Origin: Octopus sinensis
Taxonomy: Eukaryota
Direction: 5' to 3'
Assembly: GCF_006345805.1 (NCBI RefSeq)
Contig: NC_043006.1
Location: 19,716,001 to 19,780,000 of the forward strand
Length of the DNA stretch: 64,000 bases
The position numbers and the translations under genes are program-made. This document shows positions 13,725 to 26,220 of the stretch, piece by piece (position 1 is the first letter of the stretch; each line of letters starts with the position of its first letter). The notes below the pieces were generated by a model, which searched no databases, was not told the origin of the DNA, and was given only the letters and a program-made list of their open reading frames with translations.

Positions 13725-16700
13725 TAATACATATACATACATACACACAAACACATAGACACATATATGTACAACAAGCTCCTTTTAGTGTCCATCAACT
13801 CAATCCTCTCACAAGGCTTTGATTAGGCTGCAGTTATAGAGGAAGACACTTACCCAATATGCCATGCAGTACAATTGAACCTGGAACTACATGGTTGGTA
13901 AGCAAACATCTTACCACAGAGCCAAAAACCAATAAAGTTTTGTGGCTGTGTGGTAAGTAGCTTGCTAACCAACCACATGGTTCCGGGTTCAGTCCCACTG
14001 CGTGGCATCTTGGGCAAGTGTCTTCTGCTATAGCCCTGGGCCGACCAATGCCTTGTGAGTGGATTTGGTAGACGGAAACTGAAAGAAGCCTGTCGTATAT
14101 ATGTATATATATGTATATGTATATGTATATGTGTGTATGTGTTTGTGTGTCTGTGTTTGTCCCCCTAGCAATGCTTGACAACCGATGCTGGTGTGTTTAC
14201 GTACCCGTCACTTAGCGGTTCGGCAAAAGAGACCGATAGAATAAGTACTGGGCTTACAAAGAATAAGTCCCGGGGTCAATTTGCTTGACTAAAGGTGGTG
14301 CCCCAGCATGGCCGCAGTCAAATGACTGAAACAAGTAAAAGAGTAAAAGAGTAAAGAGTGTGGTAAACAAAAACACTTTCTTTCACATTGTTCTGCTCTA
14401 CTTGGCTAAAATTAGTATCAATCAACTGTTGGTGCAACCCTATTTCCCTTCAGCTGTCACATCCTCAAGGTTTTGCCAAGTCAAGAGAGGGCATCTTTGT
14501 GGGTCTGCACACAACTACATAGGCGTCTTCAGCAATTTGCGATAACTTGGTACATGCAACCAACATGTACTTGCTTGAAGGCTGTGATGTGTTTGATATA
14601 TATGTATATATATCATCATCATCATCATCATCACCATGATCATCATCATCATTGATTAACGTTCTCCTTCTATGATGGCATAGGTAGAAGAATACCTCAG
14701 GCTACTGTGTCTGTTTGGCATGATTATTACAGCTGGATGTCTTTCCTAACACCAGCCACCCAGCAGAGTGGACTGGGTGCTTTTTATGTGGCACCAGCAC
14801 AGGTGAGGTCAGTTTTGGCATGGTTTTTACAGCTGGATTCCCTTCCAAATGCTGACCACTTGGTCATGGCAGCTCAGTTTCTTATCAGGTGGTGCTATTA
14901 AATTAGACATGGCCTGGACCAATCTTTGGTAAAAACATATCTAAGTTTATATATAGATAGGTTTAAGAGACAGAACCACCTTCAAGCAACATTGAACAAA
15001 ATTATCTATGATAGAGATATATAAGATTAAATTTTATCAAATTAATATCTACAATTACTATTCTGAGTTATATATTAAATTATATAGACAACATGCATTT
15101 CATGACAATATATCTATCGGTATTGCTGAAATAGAAATTCTATTTCAACAATACCTATTTCTTTACTACCCACAAGGGGCTAAACACAGAGAGGACAGAC
15201 AAACGGATTAAGTCGATTATATCAACCCAGTGCATAACTGGTACTTATTTAATCGACCCCGAAAGGATGAAAGGCAAAGTCGACCTCGGCGGAATTTGAA
15301 CTCAGAACGTAACGGCAGACGAAATACCACTAAGCATTTTGCCCGGCGTGCTAACGTTTCTGCCAGCTCACCACCTTCTATTTCAGCAATATCGATAGAT
15401 ATATTGTCATGAAACGCACATTGTAGATATTAATTTGATAATATTTAATCTTATATCTCTATCATAGATAATGTTGTTCAATGTTGTTTGAGTTACTTGA
15501 AGATGGTTCTGTCTCTTAAACCTATTTATATATATATATATATATATCTGTAAAATAATATGTGACAATTATTCGGTAGCCAAGATAAAACTCTGAGTTT
15601 CGGATGCCGAGGTGGAAATCCACACCACCATCTCTTCGGTTATCTGGCCAGATAACCGAAGAGATGGTGGTGTGGATTTCCACCTCGGCATCCGAAACTC
15701 AGAGTTTTATCTTGGCTACCGAATAATTGTCACATATTATTTTACAGATAAATTTCCTCTATTTACATAATATTGAGGTCTCTTTCTTTCTTTTGTTATC
15801 TTACCATTTTTACCAATATATATATATAAGCACCATCGTCTGGCTCCTGTGCCGGTGGCATGTAAAAAGCACCCACTACACTCATGGAGTGGTTGGCGTT
15901 AGGAAGGGCATCCAGCCATAGAAACATTGCCAGATCAGACTGGGACTGGTGCAGCCTTCTGGCTTCCCAGACCCCAGTTGAACCGTCCAACCCATGCTAG
16001 CATGGAAAGCGGATGCTAAATGATGATGATGATGATGATGATACATATATATATATATGTATATACACACACAAGGTGGTACCCGGAAGTAACCAGAAAC
16101 TTTCTGTGTGGGACAAGCCCATTGTAGTTTGCGCTTCTGCCACTAGAAACCACTTGTTGATGCAACTCTCAGTCATCAGTCTGCTGACTGGTGGCGTCCA
16201 GTGAAGTCGCACTTCCACATGGTGCATCTATGTTTTGCAGTGCTTCTCTCTTGTTCGTTGATTTTTGAGATGGCTAAAATTGAAGAAACAGTGTGCTTCC
16301 CTGAAATTTTCTGCCTCTGTTTTCTGCTGGGGAAAACAGCACCCAAAACAGTTCTCATGCTTCAAACAGCTTACAAGGAAGCTGCCATGAGCAAAGCACA
16401 AGTTTATGAGTGGTTTTCATGCTTTAGAAATAGTCACTTGTTGTTTGAAGACCAACCTCATTCAGAGCGACCGTCGACCTTCTGGGAAAATGAACACATC
16501 ATGAAAATTCATGAACTGATCTTGGAGGACCATCTCCAAACAATTGACAAACTTGTTGATATAATTGGTGTGTCCTGGAGCTCTTGCCAACGAATTTTGA
16601 GTGAGGAATTACAAATGTAAAGGGTTGTAGTGGATGTGTGTGTGCGTAAATAAATACATAAACTGATTCATGATTAAAAAGGGGTTTATTTACATGGATT

Positions 16701-19700
16701 ATAAATACACTACATAAAACTGTAAGCAAATGCTACGCATTGCTTGTATAGAGCACATAATAAAGATGAATATGTTTGTGTGTGTGGGTGCGTGCGTGAA
16801 TCATTCGAAACAGTAGCCTGTAGGTATTTTATCTGTCGTCTCCAAAACGCGGAACGAGATAAATCTGTCGGCTGGTGTGTCAGCTCCGATTGTGTTTCTT
16901 TCTCTGTTTTCCCTTGTATTTATAATATGTGAAACAGCTAGAAAGATAGACATACTGCAACAAAGTTACTACTTAATTCTTCAAGCCTTGGAGAAGGAAG
17001 TGCTAACTCTTACAGGGTTGTTGCAAAATTTATGCCTCGCTTGCTCATGGAAGATCAAAAGTAGTTATGACTGAATACATGACATGAACTGAAAGGACAG
17101 TAGGAAGTTGATCTAGACCAGTTTTTCAAAGGTCATCACTGGTGATGAAAGCAGATGCTACGGAATTTGAAGATGTGGAAGAGGTGAAGAAAAAAATGAG
17201 GGAGGCATTAAAAAGCATTACTCTGCAAGAACTCCAGTACTACCTTGAACAGCGGAAAAACGTGTCTGGATTGATTCATTGCTTCAAATGGAGAATACTT
17301 TGAAAGTGATAAAAGTGTAAACATGTAAAACTAAGTGAATAGCATAACATTGCAAAATTCCAGTTTCTTTTGGGTACCCTCTCATATATATTTCTTTACT
17401 GCCCACAAGGGGCTAAACACAGAGAGGACAAACAAGGACAGACAAATGGATTAAGTCTATTATATCGACCCCAGTGCATAACTGGTACTTATTTAATCGA
17501 CCCCGAAAGGATGAAAGGCAAAGTTGACCTCGGGGGAATTTGAACTCAGAACGTAGCGGCAGACGAAATACCACAACGCATTTCGCCCAGCGTGGTAACG
17601 TTTCTGCCAGCTTGCCACCTTATCTCATATATATATATATAAAATGTCTTGCAAACAACTTGCACATGCAAGTGCTACCAGTCAATAACTCCATATACCG
17701 GAAGCCAGCAAGTGTATGGGGTCATCAGGAGAGAATGTGTGCCGTTTCGGGGGCCTACCTCTCAATGGCATCAATGCGCACCGGCCCCCCTCACTGATAT
17801 GAGGCCCCACTTGCTAGATCAGCTGGTTATTAAATAAAGTTCAATATCCTTCTAGCCATCGCTCATCATCTCTTTTTAACCAAATCCAGTGGCTAGCCTT
17901 CTCCACTGTAGATTGGATATCGGTCATGGTGGTATTGACTTTACGATGAGTTAGGCCTAGCGATAACAGCAGTCGTCTCACACCATCATCATCATTTAAC
18001 GACTATTTTCTATGCTACTATAGATTCAACAGTTTGACATGAGCTGACAAGCAGGAGAGTTCCACTGGGCTCCAGTTGTCTGTTTTGGCATGGTTTCTAT
18101 GGCTGGATGCCCTTCCTAATGTCAATCACCTTCAAAGTATGCTGGGTGCTTTCTACGTAGCACCACCATGGATACTTTATAAGTGACACCAACACAGGTG
18201 CTTTATATGTGGCACCAGCACAAGTGCTTTTTACATTGCACCAGCATCCATGAGCTCACAAGACAAGGACCTCACAACAGCATAAATTTGCATTACTTAC
18301 ATTCTTATGTATATGCTTTAGACAGCAAAATGAATATCAGTAGAATATATTTAAATGTATATCATTTAAATATGTATATCAGTATACATATGTATATCAG
18401 TAGAATATATTTAAATCATCGTTATTGTCATCATTATTATCATCATCATCACACTTATTCATCATTATCACCATCATCATCATTATCATTATCATCCTTA
18501 CTATTGCTAGATCTTCTCTTTCTTTCAGGACCAGATTATGTTCAATCGTACTCTCCGAGGGACTGAAACTATAAGCTTGACAACTTATTGTCTGTCAGGT
18601 CTGACCAGAGAAACGAAAGTTCCACTCTTGATTGACAATCAAGATTCAAAAACTAGTGATACCAACCTCGAGATCTGTGAATTCAGGACTGACCTTGCTG
18701 CTTCTGTAAATCTTTTTTCTGTGACTGATCCAAAAGTGATTGATCGTTTCTGCAGTCATAATGAAACTGACTTCATCTCACATACGAATGGCCAAGTTGG
18801 TGCCATTGTAACAGAGTTTACTGTCACTGTCTCAGACTGGTTTTTGATGTTTGTGGCAGAACCACCCGTAGATCAATGTTCCAGTACAATAAACTGTTTG
18901 AAAACTTTGAAATCAAACAGTAAAACAATAATATTTGATATCAAAGACATACCATCAAATAAGATATATTACATATGTGTTAAAGGAGTGAAGAGCTTAC
19001 CTTCAGGCATTTTCCAGCCATATGGTTCTTGTGGAGATGGGTTCTTAGTTGATGCTGACCCACCATTAAAAGGACATGTCATGATTGAGAACTCTTACAA
19101 TGGTTTTCTTAGTACTCTTGATACCATTGTTATCCACTGGGATGGCTTCACTGATAAAAACACTGTATTTATAAATCCGTTTTATCCTCGAATTGCTTCT
19201 TATTCATATTCTATAGGTAAGTTCACTTTTGCTTAACTGCTTTGATTGTTATATAAACGATAAGTGCTGGCATGCATGGCTGTGTGGTTAAGCAGTTAAC
19301 CTCTCAGCCTTGCTGTTTTAAGTTCAGTCCCATTGTGTGGCACCTCCAGCTAGTGTATTTTATCATATCATTAAACCACCCAGTGCCTTGTGAATGGAAT
19401 TGGTAGACTGAAACTGTATGTAAGCCAGCAGTATATATTTTTTCTTTTAACCCTTTGCAAGTCCAAAGCATTTTCGTGAGCTTTTCTTAAATGTCTAAGC
19501 TTGCTTTGAAACTTCTAGTTAGCCCATGTTTCATATGTTCTGAGATATATAAAACTTTCCTTTCATAACTCCCAAGTTACTCTGGTGGTTGAAAAATATT
19601 TGGAATAGGTATCATATATGATGCACGGTTGCTGGGAAATATGTCAATTGAATTATATGTAATGCACTAGCCAGCAAAGGTGTTAACCTTTTGGTTACCA

Positions 19701-22034
19701 AATTTCTGCTGAGACACGCTGCATTTGTTTCAATTAATTTTGAAAATAACCAAGAATTTTGTAACACTATCATTATTAAGCTGGTGTTACCCAGGCTGGA
19801 TTTTTCAATGGTTACATTATCAGCTTTCTGATCAAATAAAATAGTAATATAATGTTGTGTCGTAATTTGCTTGAAGTTTGGTCTTATGTATAAATGATAT
19901 AAATATTTAGAAAAACATTTGAGCAATGTGAGAAATTAGGCAAAATATTTAAGGTGGTGTCAATAGTTAAAAACAAAGAGGAAAATATTGTATTAAATTT
20001 CATAAGTTGTTGAATGACTTCATAATATTTTGGGAAAAAGTTCCCCTTTTCAAATAGAAGCAAGAAAATAAAATGTTCAAAGAAATGCATTGTCATTGAC
20101 AGGCCATTCTGTTATATTAATTTGAGAGCATAACCATTGGGTCATCTATTTCATCCCTCAACAGCTGTGAATCAAACTTTTCATAAATGCCTCCCTTTAT
20201 AAAATAGAGTATTGCCTGTTATCAAGCTCCTTCTTTGATATCCTAGCATGAGATGCTTACCTATAAACAATCTTTGTCTCTTGCCTGTATATTTTAGGCA
20301 GTTATCCAGGAACTCATGATATTGTTGCTCCTGTTGATGTTGGTGTAACCAGTCAAGCAGTATGTGAAAAATTATCTCTTCCAAATGGTCAACAGATCTT
20401 TGTAACTGTTACAGGTATTTACTATATTTTCATTTATTTATTCTTTACTTGACACTAAGCCACCAGTTTGTAAAGAAACAGTTATTATTTGAATCAACCA
20501 CATTATAGTATTACTGGTACTTATTTTACTGGCTTATGTGGATCTGGGCAAAAGACAATGAAAATCCTAACTGGATTTTAATTCGAAATATATAGAGATT
20601 GAATGCAGTCTTGCAAGACATTTAGTTCTCCTTCATTTGTGGTACTGTGGAGGCACATGGTCTAGTGGTTAGAGCAGCAGACTCGCGGTCGAGGGATCGC
20701 GGGTTCGAATCTCAGACCGGACGATGTGTGTGTTTATGAGCGAAACACCTAAGCTCCATGCAGCTCTGGCAGAAGGTAATGGCGAAACTTTTGCTGACTC
20801 TTTCGTCACAACTTTCTCTCACTCTTTCCTCCTGCATCTTGCAGCTCACCTGTGATGGACCAACGTCCCATTCAGGTGGGGAACCTATACACCAAGAAAC
20901 CGGGAAACCAGCCCTTATGAGTCAGGCATGGCCCAAGAAGGAACAAACAAAAAACAATTTGTGGTACTTTAACATTTTAAATGAATTAATATCTAAAGTG
21001 TTTCACAACTTCATAAAATCAGAAAGTTTGGAAATATTTTTTTTTGAACAGTGTTAAAGAATAGGTGGCTAGTATTTTTAAATGTTGAATTCTAGTATGC
21101 TCTGCTGAATGTGTAATGTAAGGCTAATATGCTCCACTGGATGTGTAATATAAGTGTACATGTTTGACAGAGTGTCAGTATTCTGAGAGAGAAGTTAGGC
21201 ATAAATGGAATTGGTCACTGAGTGCAAGAAAGAAGACTGCACTGGTTTGGTCATGTGATGTGGATGGATGCCAAGAGTTCCATCTCTCAAAGTGGATGGA
21301 ACACATGGAAGTGGAAAACCCAGGAGGACATGGGATGAAGTACTGAAGAACGACCTCAGGAAATTGAACCTTTCAGGTGAGATGACAAAGGACCAAGATA
21401 TCTGGCACCTTGCCATACTCAAGAAGACCCATACTTCACAGCAGAAGTTTTAAGATCAATCCTTTTGGTGGTGTAAAGCACTTGTGGCAGCATCATGTAA
21501 AAGCACCTGTGTGGCAACATGTAAAAGCACCCATGTGGTGCCATGTAAAAGTGCCCATGCAGTGTCATGTAAAGGCGCTCTTGTGGTGCCATGTAAAAGT
21601 GCCCATGCAGTGTCATGTAAAGGCGCCCTTGTGGTGCCATGTAAAAGTGCCCATGCAGTGTCATATAAAGGCGCCCATGTGGTGCCACGTAAAAGCACCC
21701 AGCATACTCTATCAAGTGGTTGGCATTAGGAAGGGCATCCAGCCATAGAAACCTTGCCAAATCAGACCGGAGTCTGGTGCAGCTCCCCAGCTCGCCCACT
21801 CGCACCAGCATGGACAACAAATGTTAAATGATGCTGATGATGATGAATCTACGAACAATTCACAGATTAAAGGGTCTTTGATGCAATGCTTTGTAATATA
21901 AACTCCAAGTAACAGCTTTTGTTAAATTTCTGCTGCTTTTAAATAATGCATATTACTCTACCTCTGGTATTTGAGTACTCTCTTTTCCACCTTGTTTCAC
22001 ATTTATGTGTTTACTCCGGTATATATATATATAT

Positions 22035-22070
<36 letters not shown>

Positions 22071-23846
22071 ACACACACACACACATATATTCTTTTACTC
22101 TTTTACTTGTTTCAGTCATTTGACTGCGGCCATGCTGGAGCACCGCCTTTAATCGAGCAACTCGACCCCGGGACTTATTCTTTTGTAAGCCCAGTACTTA
22201 TTCTATCGGTCTCTTTTGCCGAACTGCTAAGTCACGGGGACATAAACGCACCAGCATCGGTTGTCAAGCAATGCTAGGGGGACAAACATAGACACACAAA
22301 CACACACACATATATATATATTTACGACGGGCTTCTTTCAGTTTCCATCTACCAAATCCACTCACAAGGCTTTGGTCGGCCCGAGGCTATAGTAGAAGAC
22401 ACTTGCACAAGGTGCCACGCAGTGGGACCGAACCCGGAACCATGTGGTTGGTAAGCAAGCTACTTACCACACAGCCACTATATATATATATATATATACA
22501 TCATCATCAACATCATTTAACATCTGTTTTCCATGTTAGCAATGGTTGGACAGGAGCTGGCTTGGCAGAAGATTGCACCAGACCTCAGTCTCTGTTCTGG
22601 CATGGTTTTTATGGTTGGATGCCCTTCCTAACACCAACCACCCCACCGAGTGGACTGAGTGCTTTCTACGTGGCATTGGTACTGGTGAAGTCTGTTTGAG
22701 TATGGAGTAGGGACTTCACAAGGAAGCAAAGAGTGTGGTGGTGGGAAATGCAGTAGAAGATGAAACCTGGGTATATAGAATAGAGGAGGTTGTGGGGACA
22801 CATATATACATGTACATAATTGTCTGTCTTTCTCTTTTCCTCTCTCAATTAATTTGTTTACATCTTTATATATAAAAGTCAAATTGTGTGTCTGTCTCCT
22901 ACGATTTAGATTCCTAACTACTCCCACATTTTGCGGTGCAGTGTAACCAAAAGCGGGTATCTTATAGTCGTGATTCATATCGAGCTATTCTGGGTATTAG
23001 CGCGTGTCTACGATGAGTCAACGATTTAAAAAATAATCTACCATCATTTTTTTCCATTTTAATGCATTTTTTCGCTATTATATAAGGGAAGTAACTCTCT
23101 AAAAATGTCTACGATGAGTCAACGATTTAAAAAAAAATTTACCATCATTTTTTTTCCATTTTTAATGCATTTTTTTTGCTATTTTTTGGCTATACCTCTC
23201 TAAAAATGCTTATATAGTTATTTCCTTTACAAACCCGAGCAACGCCGGGCGATACTGCTAGTTTATGTTACAAGAAAAAGCATGTTTATGTTTTCCTTCT
23301 TAAAATACTTGCAGCCTATGACTTGTCTGGTCTCAGTGTAGATGCAACATCTGAAGCTGTCATCATCGATGTAAGTCCACCACAAAATGGAACTTTAAAT
23401 ATCGGCAGTGTCACTGGTCACTTTCATTATATTGATACCAATGAACTAACCATTTACTGGAATGGTTTCACAGACCAAGAAAGTGGAATCATTTCCAAAA
23501 TGCTGGGTATTGGCACTCTTCCACTTCAAGATAACGTAATGGCTTTCTATGAACAGTTTAAAGAATTTTCAGAGATTGGGGATAAGAGTGTTCTAAAAGA
23601 TGGTCGAGAATATTATGCAACTTTAAAGGTAAGTCTGTTGTGTGAGCTTTTCTTTTATTAAATAATCTTCTTTGGGTGCAGGTGTGGCTGGGTGGTGAGA
23701 AGCTTTCTTTTCAACCACATGGTTCTGGGTTCAGTCCCATTGCATGACACTTTTGGCAAGTGTCTTTTTCTATAGCCTTGGGCCAACCAAAGTCTTATGA
23801 GTGGATTTGGTAGATGGAAATTGAAAGAAGCCTGTCATATATATAC

Positions 23847-23902
<56 letters not shown>

Positions 23903-24198
23903 TGTGTGTGCGTGCGTGCGTGTGTGTATGTGTATTTATGTGTGTATATCTTCGTTTGTCCCCCACCCTATCCCACCATTGCTTAACAACCAATGATGGT
24001 GTGTTTATGTCCCCACAACCTAGTGGTTTGGCAAAAGAGACTGATAGAATATGTGCTAGGCTTACAAAGAATAAGTTCTGGGATCAATTCCTTTGACTAA
24101 AACCCTTTAAGTTGGTGTTCCAGCATGGCCACAGTTAAATGACAGAAATATGCAAAAGAAAGTAAAAGAAATATAATCATCACCATTATCATCATCAC

Positions 24199-24248
<50 letters not shown>

Positions 24249-26177
24249 CCATTATCATCATCATCACCATTATCATTGGCATCATCATCATCATTATTCA
24301 GCATTAGATTTTTACAAAGAGCTGCACCAGGCTCCAGTTTGTTTGGCTTAGTTTCAATGGCTGGATGCCCTTCCTAATGCCAACCACTCCACAGAGTGTA
24401 CTGGGTGCCTCTTACAAATCATCTTTTCTATGTGCTACACTCTTCTGTCATATGTAACAGATGAAGGTTCTGCCTCTTCGTGCCAAACAACCTGCACAAA
24501 TATTTTGTTTGTTGAGATCAAATGTTTGTGCTGTGCATTTGGTCACTCTCTTCATCAAATCAAAATTGCCTGAACTGGCGCACAGTGTGCCAAATGTCAC
24601 GTGTTGAAGTGATCACAGAGCGACATAAAAGAAAGTGTTTTGCTAAAAGAACACACACATGACCCAGTTCAGGAATTGAAACCACAACCTTCTTATCATG
24701 AGTGCAACACCATAACAGCTAGGTCATGTGCATTCTGTTCTGTGAAACTGGGTTAAAATCAACTTTGGCTTGTAACATAACAATGTTAAGTTAAATTAAG
24801 TTAAGTTAATTTTTTGGCTCAAAAAGCAAAAAGCAAGGCCATGTAGGGGGACATGGAGTTATGTACAGGGAAGGTGTTCATGCAAAGAGTTCAGGCCATT
24901 TCTGGTCAAGAGAGACTTTGAACCGAGCGGCCATCGGCATCTTCACCATCTCGTCCGGCAGCTTATTCCATAGATCTGCAACCCGGACGGAGAAAGCCCC
25001 TCTCCTTCGATTGAGATGAAATCGCCGCAGATAGAGCTTTTCGGAGTGACCCTGCAGCCGACGCTCTGGAGCAGGGGTGAAGAACAGCTCTTTCGAGAGG
25101 TTACACTTTCCACTTATGATGTTGTGAGTGAGAATGAGATCACCACGGCGTCGTTGTTTTTCTAGAGAATGTGTATTACACTATTACCCACCTGGTTGCG
25201 TAACTTCAATTGGCTCTTTCATTAGTTAGTAATTTCTATGTGTAACATAGAAATGTATGTTACAATATTATTTAGCAGGTTCTGCATCTTCATAGGGCCT
25301 CTGTGATTGGCTTGTAACTTCTGTGTGTAATATTGAAATCTGTTACAATATTACAATATTACTTGGCAGGTTGTGTAACTTCTTTGTGACACCCTCATTA
25401 GCAGGTAACTTCATCATCATCATCATTTTTTTTAATGTCTACCTATACATGTTTACATAGACAGACTAGATTTTTTGTGGTAGATTTTCTTTGATCAAAT
25501 GCACTTCCTGTTGCCAGTCCTCACCTGTTTCCTAGCGTCGCCTGGACATTTTTTTCACAGGAGATTTCAAAGAAATGGCACCACTTGTTTGATAGTGATG
25601 TCAAAACAAGAAAAGAGATGCACTCACACACATACACGTGTATGCAAGTGTAAGGACAGCTAATTCATTCCCACTACATGGCAAGTGCTTTCTAATATAG
25701 CACCAAACCAATCAAAGCCTTATGAGTACATTGGTTAGACAGAAACTGAAAGAAGCCTATTGTATATATATATATATATATATAAAGTGAGATAGGGGTT
25801 ATGAGTGTAACCCACTATGGGATATCATATATCCAATATACTGCCAGTAAAGTACCCAGAAGGCTAATACATAAATGCTAAGAATTTCAATGCAATTAAT
25901 TCATTTATTGTATTATATGGTCAAAGGTAAAATGTTTTACCTCAAACTCATAATACAAAATAAGAAAATGGAGGAATAGATTTCTTTCAATCATCAACTT
26001 CCAGATAATACCAATTCATATAATTTATTAACTAATTATTTAGATTAAATAGGAACATCCAAATCCAACGATTTGGATGTTCCTATTTAATCTAAATAAT
26101 TAGTTAATAAATTATATGAATTGGTATTATCTGGAAGTTGATGATTGAAAGAAATCTATTCCTCCATTTTCTTATTT

Positions 26178-26220
<43 letters not shown>

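Noticed and set aside
21410-21820. 8-aa repeat ORFs (WCHVKVPM...) and a possible CRISPR-like array
   Set aside because: 24-bp tandem minisatellite with no unique spacers, in a eukaryotic retroelement context.
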